Shown here: positions 63,291-64,000 of the stretch, one piece after another
Position numbering within the stretch: position 1 is the first letter of the stretch
Layout: each line of letters starts with the position of its first letter
Source of the DNA: Azolla caroliniana
Taxonomy: Eukaryota; Plantae; Polypodiophyta
Direction: 5' to 3'
Length of the DNA: 64,000 nt
Assembly: GCA_043228905.1 (NCBI GenBank)
Contig: JBHGNT010000001.1
Span: forward strand, 34,968,001-35,032,000
Made by a program: the position numbers and the translations under genes
The notes under the pieces: model-generated
Seen by the model: the letters and a program-made list of their open reading frames with translations, nothing else
Databases searched by the model: none
Told to the model about the DNA's origin: nothing

Positions 63291-64000
63291 GGGATCATAT
63301 CTCTGTAAAGACCTCCTTAATCTAGTAGAGCTTTTTAATCAATGATCTACATTATCAGGCATGGAATCTAACCACAAAATATTCAATATGAGGCTGTTGT
63401 TGATCATTTACAGCCATACTTTCAGCATTATTTACTGGCTGCATATGACCTCCAGGCACATTTAATGGTTGTCCGTCATCTTCTAGCAACATTACCACAG
63501 TCTCATCATGATTTTCAGCCCTTTAAAGTTCCACTTAAGGCACATTATCATCATCAATGGTGGGCTAAAATCCAAACTTTGTTTTTTTCAGATTACCAAA
63601 AATATTTTACAACTTATTTCCAACGAAGTATATTTAATTCAGGTATTAATCCGAAAATTTGAAACATAGTTCTAATTGCTGAGGATTCCAAATATTGTTT
63701 TTTTTCCCGAATCCCCAACGAAACTTCAAGACAATTTTGTTTTTCAAACTCTTCCTAAAGAATTTGATTTTTCTTTTGCTTCACATTTTAAACTTGTTTT
63801 TTTGTTTCCTCCAAACTTACAAATTATTTCCAAAAAGATAAGGCAAAGCCGTAGGCATGATGATTACCTGTTTGTGAAGACGTTCAATCTCAATGCAATT
63901 GTAGGAAATTACAGTGATGATCTTGCTGAAGAGCACGTTATTAGTCTCTACGAGTGAGAGGAGGGAGGTTCGATCTCTGGAATTGATAGGATTGAGAAGA

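Larger units (their letters stand above)
55826..64000 (-). pseudogene. WASHC4: WASH complex subunit 4 (SWIP/WASH-7) homolog, disrupted and missing its central exons; continues beyond the window
   Basis: Exons: 64000-63868 SLLSLVETNNVLFSKIITVISYNCIEI; ~61890-61616 LDGKPHKLFG...LGNLLCQLEAVY...LEDIIRRN; ~61545-61427 MLFTLKSE; ~59194-59125; ~56542-56381 FTDDGLVLGLAFILK; ~56197-56035 QEEEFDSLHWF; last exon YEIEIELMEYNF. In-frame TAA before the donor at ~61617 and in-frame TGA at ~56081. Confidence 0.8.

Noticed and set aside
63676-63957. 93-aa plus-strand ORF
   Set aside because: The minus strand here encodes the WASHC4 N-terminal exon with a proper donor site.

Overview
AT-rich eukaryotic land-plant DNA, plausibly a fern. 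That guess rests on the style of the PLS-type PPR remnants and the abundant microsatellites; it was not tested. The first ~28 kb is a nested transposon graveyard. It holds a very young Ty1/copia element (5213-10645, TSD AAGAA) inserted into a decayed LINE, and an older integrase-less Ty3/gypsy element with TG...TA termini (12659-18009, TSD CAAGA). It also holds two copies of a small non-autonomous LTR element with 196-bp LTRs, a tRNA-Ala-type PBS, 4-bp TSDs and different internal tandem arrays, plus hAT-type MITEs. The right part carries a 9-exon plant Tweety-like multi-pass membrane gene (-), a NACK1/HINKEL-type kinesin-7 (-), an intronless trihelix transcription factor (+), a two-exon acidic repeat protein with a C-terminal membrane anchor (+, no family recognised), and a broken WASH complex subunit 4 (SWIP) copy (-) that lacks its middle and contains a PPR remnant and MITEs. 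No rRNA, intact tRNA or CRISPR is supported. I found no convincing new multi-gene system. The best novelty candidates are the small tRNA-Ala-primed LTR family, the hairpin array and TA termini of the gypsy element, and the orphan tail-anchored protein. All coordinates were read by eye and no database searches were run.
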